Of a stretch of DNA of 64,000 nt, positions 61,795 to 64,000 are shown piece by piece. This stretch comes from Stegostoma tigrinum (lineage: Eukaryota), in NCBI RefSeq assembly GCF_030684315.1, contig NC_081362.1:64708586-64772585 (forward strand), written 5' to 3'. Position 1 is the stretch's first letter; each line of letters begins with the position of its first letter. A program made the position numbers and the translations under genes. Below the pieces are notes generated by a model, which saw only the letters and a program-made list of their open reading frames with translations, ran no database searches and was not told the origin of the DNA.

Positions 61795-63470
61795 AGTGTT
61801 CCCTCTGCATTTAATGGGCTCAATCGGCTGAATGTTCATAACTGCACACATTTCTCTAAATTCATCATTAGCAAATTTCCACCCCCCGTTATCAGCAGAA
61901 AAGTTTGTCGATGGTCCATGTCTGGTCCCTATCCACTGTTCCATTTCCATATCCACTAGTATTTTCTTATTTTTGCAATGTATTAATTTGAATGGCAACA
62001 TCTGCTTGCCAAATCTATCAAATGTAAAACTAAAGTGCTTACTTTCTTTATTCTATATCTTTAAATCCATAGCCTCAATTTCATTGAAATCTCTTGGTAA
62101 AGGCAGACCAACTATTCATTGAAATGGTATGCATTGATATTTCTAACAAATCTCACATCTATCATGATTTTTTTTGATAATTTTAGCATACTCCCCATCC
62201 CTTATTTCTGCACCCTTTACTAACATTTTTAATCTTTTAAGGGGCTACATTGGCAAATTGCCTTGTAATTTCCACATTTGACATTTTGTCTTTTAATTTT
62301 CTACCCACCAATATAAATAACAGTTCTTTCATGTTTTTTACAGGAGGGGTTATGTTCCATTAAAGGAAAACAATGTCTGGCTGTGACAACTGCAAATTCA
62401 CAGATTTTCTAAACACAATAGCTTGTTATTTTCCCTTCCCATTTCATGCGTTTTTTTCATCAATGGCTTACTTAATAACAATGGTACTTCACCAGACTCT
62501 ACATCTGTGTTATAAAATGATTGATTTTGGCTATTTTACAATGAGTGACAACTCTTTCCAGATTTTAGTGTGTTATAATCCCCAGATCTGAAACTGGAAC
62601 TCTCAAATTCCTTAATGTTGTCCTAATCCTGATAACTCAAACAAATCTAGGTATCATTTTAGTTAATGATAAATGTTCGTCCACTGTCCAATGCTGTACA
62701 ATCAAAATTCTGTGACATCAGCACATTCATCACTTGATTGAAAACTTTTGTGCCCAATATTGTGCTCTTTCTTTAGTATGTGAAATAACTCCACAGAGGC
62801 CATATCCTGCCATCAAGTCGTCCTTTATTTACACATGGAGAGTCTTTGATACTGATCAAATTCTCTCAGAACCAGCTTTCAGAATGAGCAGAACCTCTGA
62901 CACTTTTATTTAAATCTGTCAGCCAGGGCTCCCTGACTAGGTTAACAGTCCTAGTCAGAGAACTCATATTCTATGATGTCCACCTGGCTGACCGTGTTAC
63001 AGTCTGTAGTGATTGTATCTGTATTTTCATCCTCTGAATTTTCCATCTCATGCCGGTTTCAATTATTTTACTGTACCAATTAGAACTATTCAGAGTATAT
63101 GGCACATTGAATCAAACCTGAAACATTGGTTGTCCATACCTTGATCATTTCTGGTGCTCATTATGTTATCGAAAATCCAAAATTCTCTTTTTTTCTCAAA
63201 ATTATCAACAATATTGGGGTCTACTTTTCTATTAGTTATAGTTCTCCTTTTATGTTGACACCTATGACCTGTTTCTAGACAGTCTGGCCAATTTGTTAGC
63301 ATCATGAGCTCCATTTTCTATTATATCACTTATTACTCCATTGTGCTACTAAAACATTAAAAGAGAATGCTGTTCTCGGTTCTTGTTTTTGTGCTTATGA
63401 TATCTGTTCTAGCAAAGTATGCTTATCTGCAAACTTAGCTCCCATAAAATTTAAAGTTTGTCTGTAAAAT
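61795..63470 (-). mobile_element. Degenerate LTR retrotransposon internal region with Ty1/copia domain order
   Basis: On the minus strand in order: knuckle-like NQCFRFDSMCH (~63100), protease DCTALDSGRT (62675-62703), VPLLLSKP, pre-integrase KLQRQFA-like..RLKMLVKGA (~62200-62270), integrase DNGG.KFANDEFREMC..MNI (ORF 61786..62001). Confidence 0.7.
62779..63001 (-). mobile_element. Short solo-LTR-like repeat nested in the copia-like relic
   Basis: Homologous to 28674-28900; TG...CA ends; interrupts the gag-protease junction. Confidence 0.55.
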
Positions 63471-63677
63471 AAAACAAAGAACTGCGGTTGCTTTATAATC
63501 CACTGTTGAGAAACTTCCCCAATGACAATATTGTGTCAGAGAGCCATTCTGGCCATGTTCTCCCCTCTTGTGCTCCCTGTTTCTGTACCTCCCAGAAGCC
63601 GGAGAAATTCAGCCCCAGATGTCATAGATGTCATTTTACTCTATAAAATCCATTCTTTATCTGCACTGCTGATTAAA

Positions 63678-63905
63678 GAACAACAACGAACAAAGAAAAT
63701 TACAGCACAGGAGCAGGCTCTTTGGCCCTCCAAGCCTGCACCGATCCAGATCCCCTATCTAAACCTGTCACTTATTTTCCAAGGGTCTGTATCCCTCTGC
63801 TCCCTGCCCATTCATGCATCTGTCTAGATACATCTTAAATGATGCTATTGTGCACGCCCCTACCACCTCCACTGGCAATGTGTTCCAGGCACCCACCACC
63901 CTCTA
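63678..63905 (-). mobile_element. CR1-like LINE 3' tail
   Basis: acagcacaggagcaggctctttggccc...catcttaaatga...ttccaggcacccaccaccctct. Confidence 0.7.
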
Positions 63906-64000
63906 TTTTAATCAATAATCAAAGTAACAGATTTCATTTTCTGGATCACAAATGAAACTGTACGCAATTCAAATTGTGAACTAATAAACAATGAAAGATG

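Noticed and set aside
1-64000. Host protein-coding gene
   Set aside because: No ORF or splice-bounded segment resembled a cellular protein; nearly all longer ORFs map to PLE, CR1 or SINE sequence or their antisense frames. Short exons could still have been missed.

Overview
Repeat-rich, apparently non-coding 64 kb of vertebrate genomic DNA. HE1-type V-SINEs, CR1/HER1-like LINEs and Deu-type SINE tails point to a cartilaginous fish, probably a shark (inference). I found no convincing host protein-coding exon; every recognisable ORF is transposon-derived. The youngest component is a Neptune-type Penelope-like retroelement (PLE; RT + Cys-rich linker + GIY-YIG endonuclease). It occurs as four longer truncated or rearranged copies (20845-22688, 31034-32101, 34474-35223, 53975-55349) and about a dozen tiny insertions made only of its terminal repeat (pLTR) or that of a related family, mostly as inverted pairs with 11-14 bp target-site duplications. 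The pLTR carries a minimal hammerhead-ribozyme motif (CTGATGA-A-GGGTCTAGGCCC-GAAAC-GTC). One internal junction (46759/46760) falls exactly at the predicted self-cleavage site, and a second pLTR family shows a different, still complementary stem I. Older relics include a Tx1/L1 3' end, a PIF/Harbinger transposase, a Ty1/copia-order LTR element and solo LTRs. Several repeat-free blocks may be conserved non-coding elements. Repeat family names come from recognition of motifs, not from database searches.
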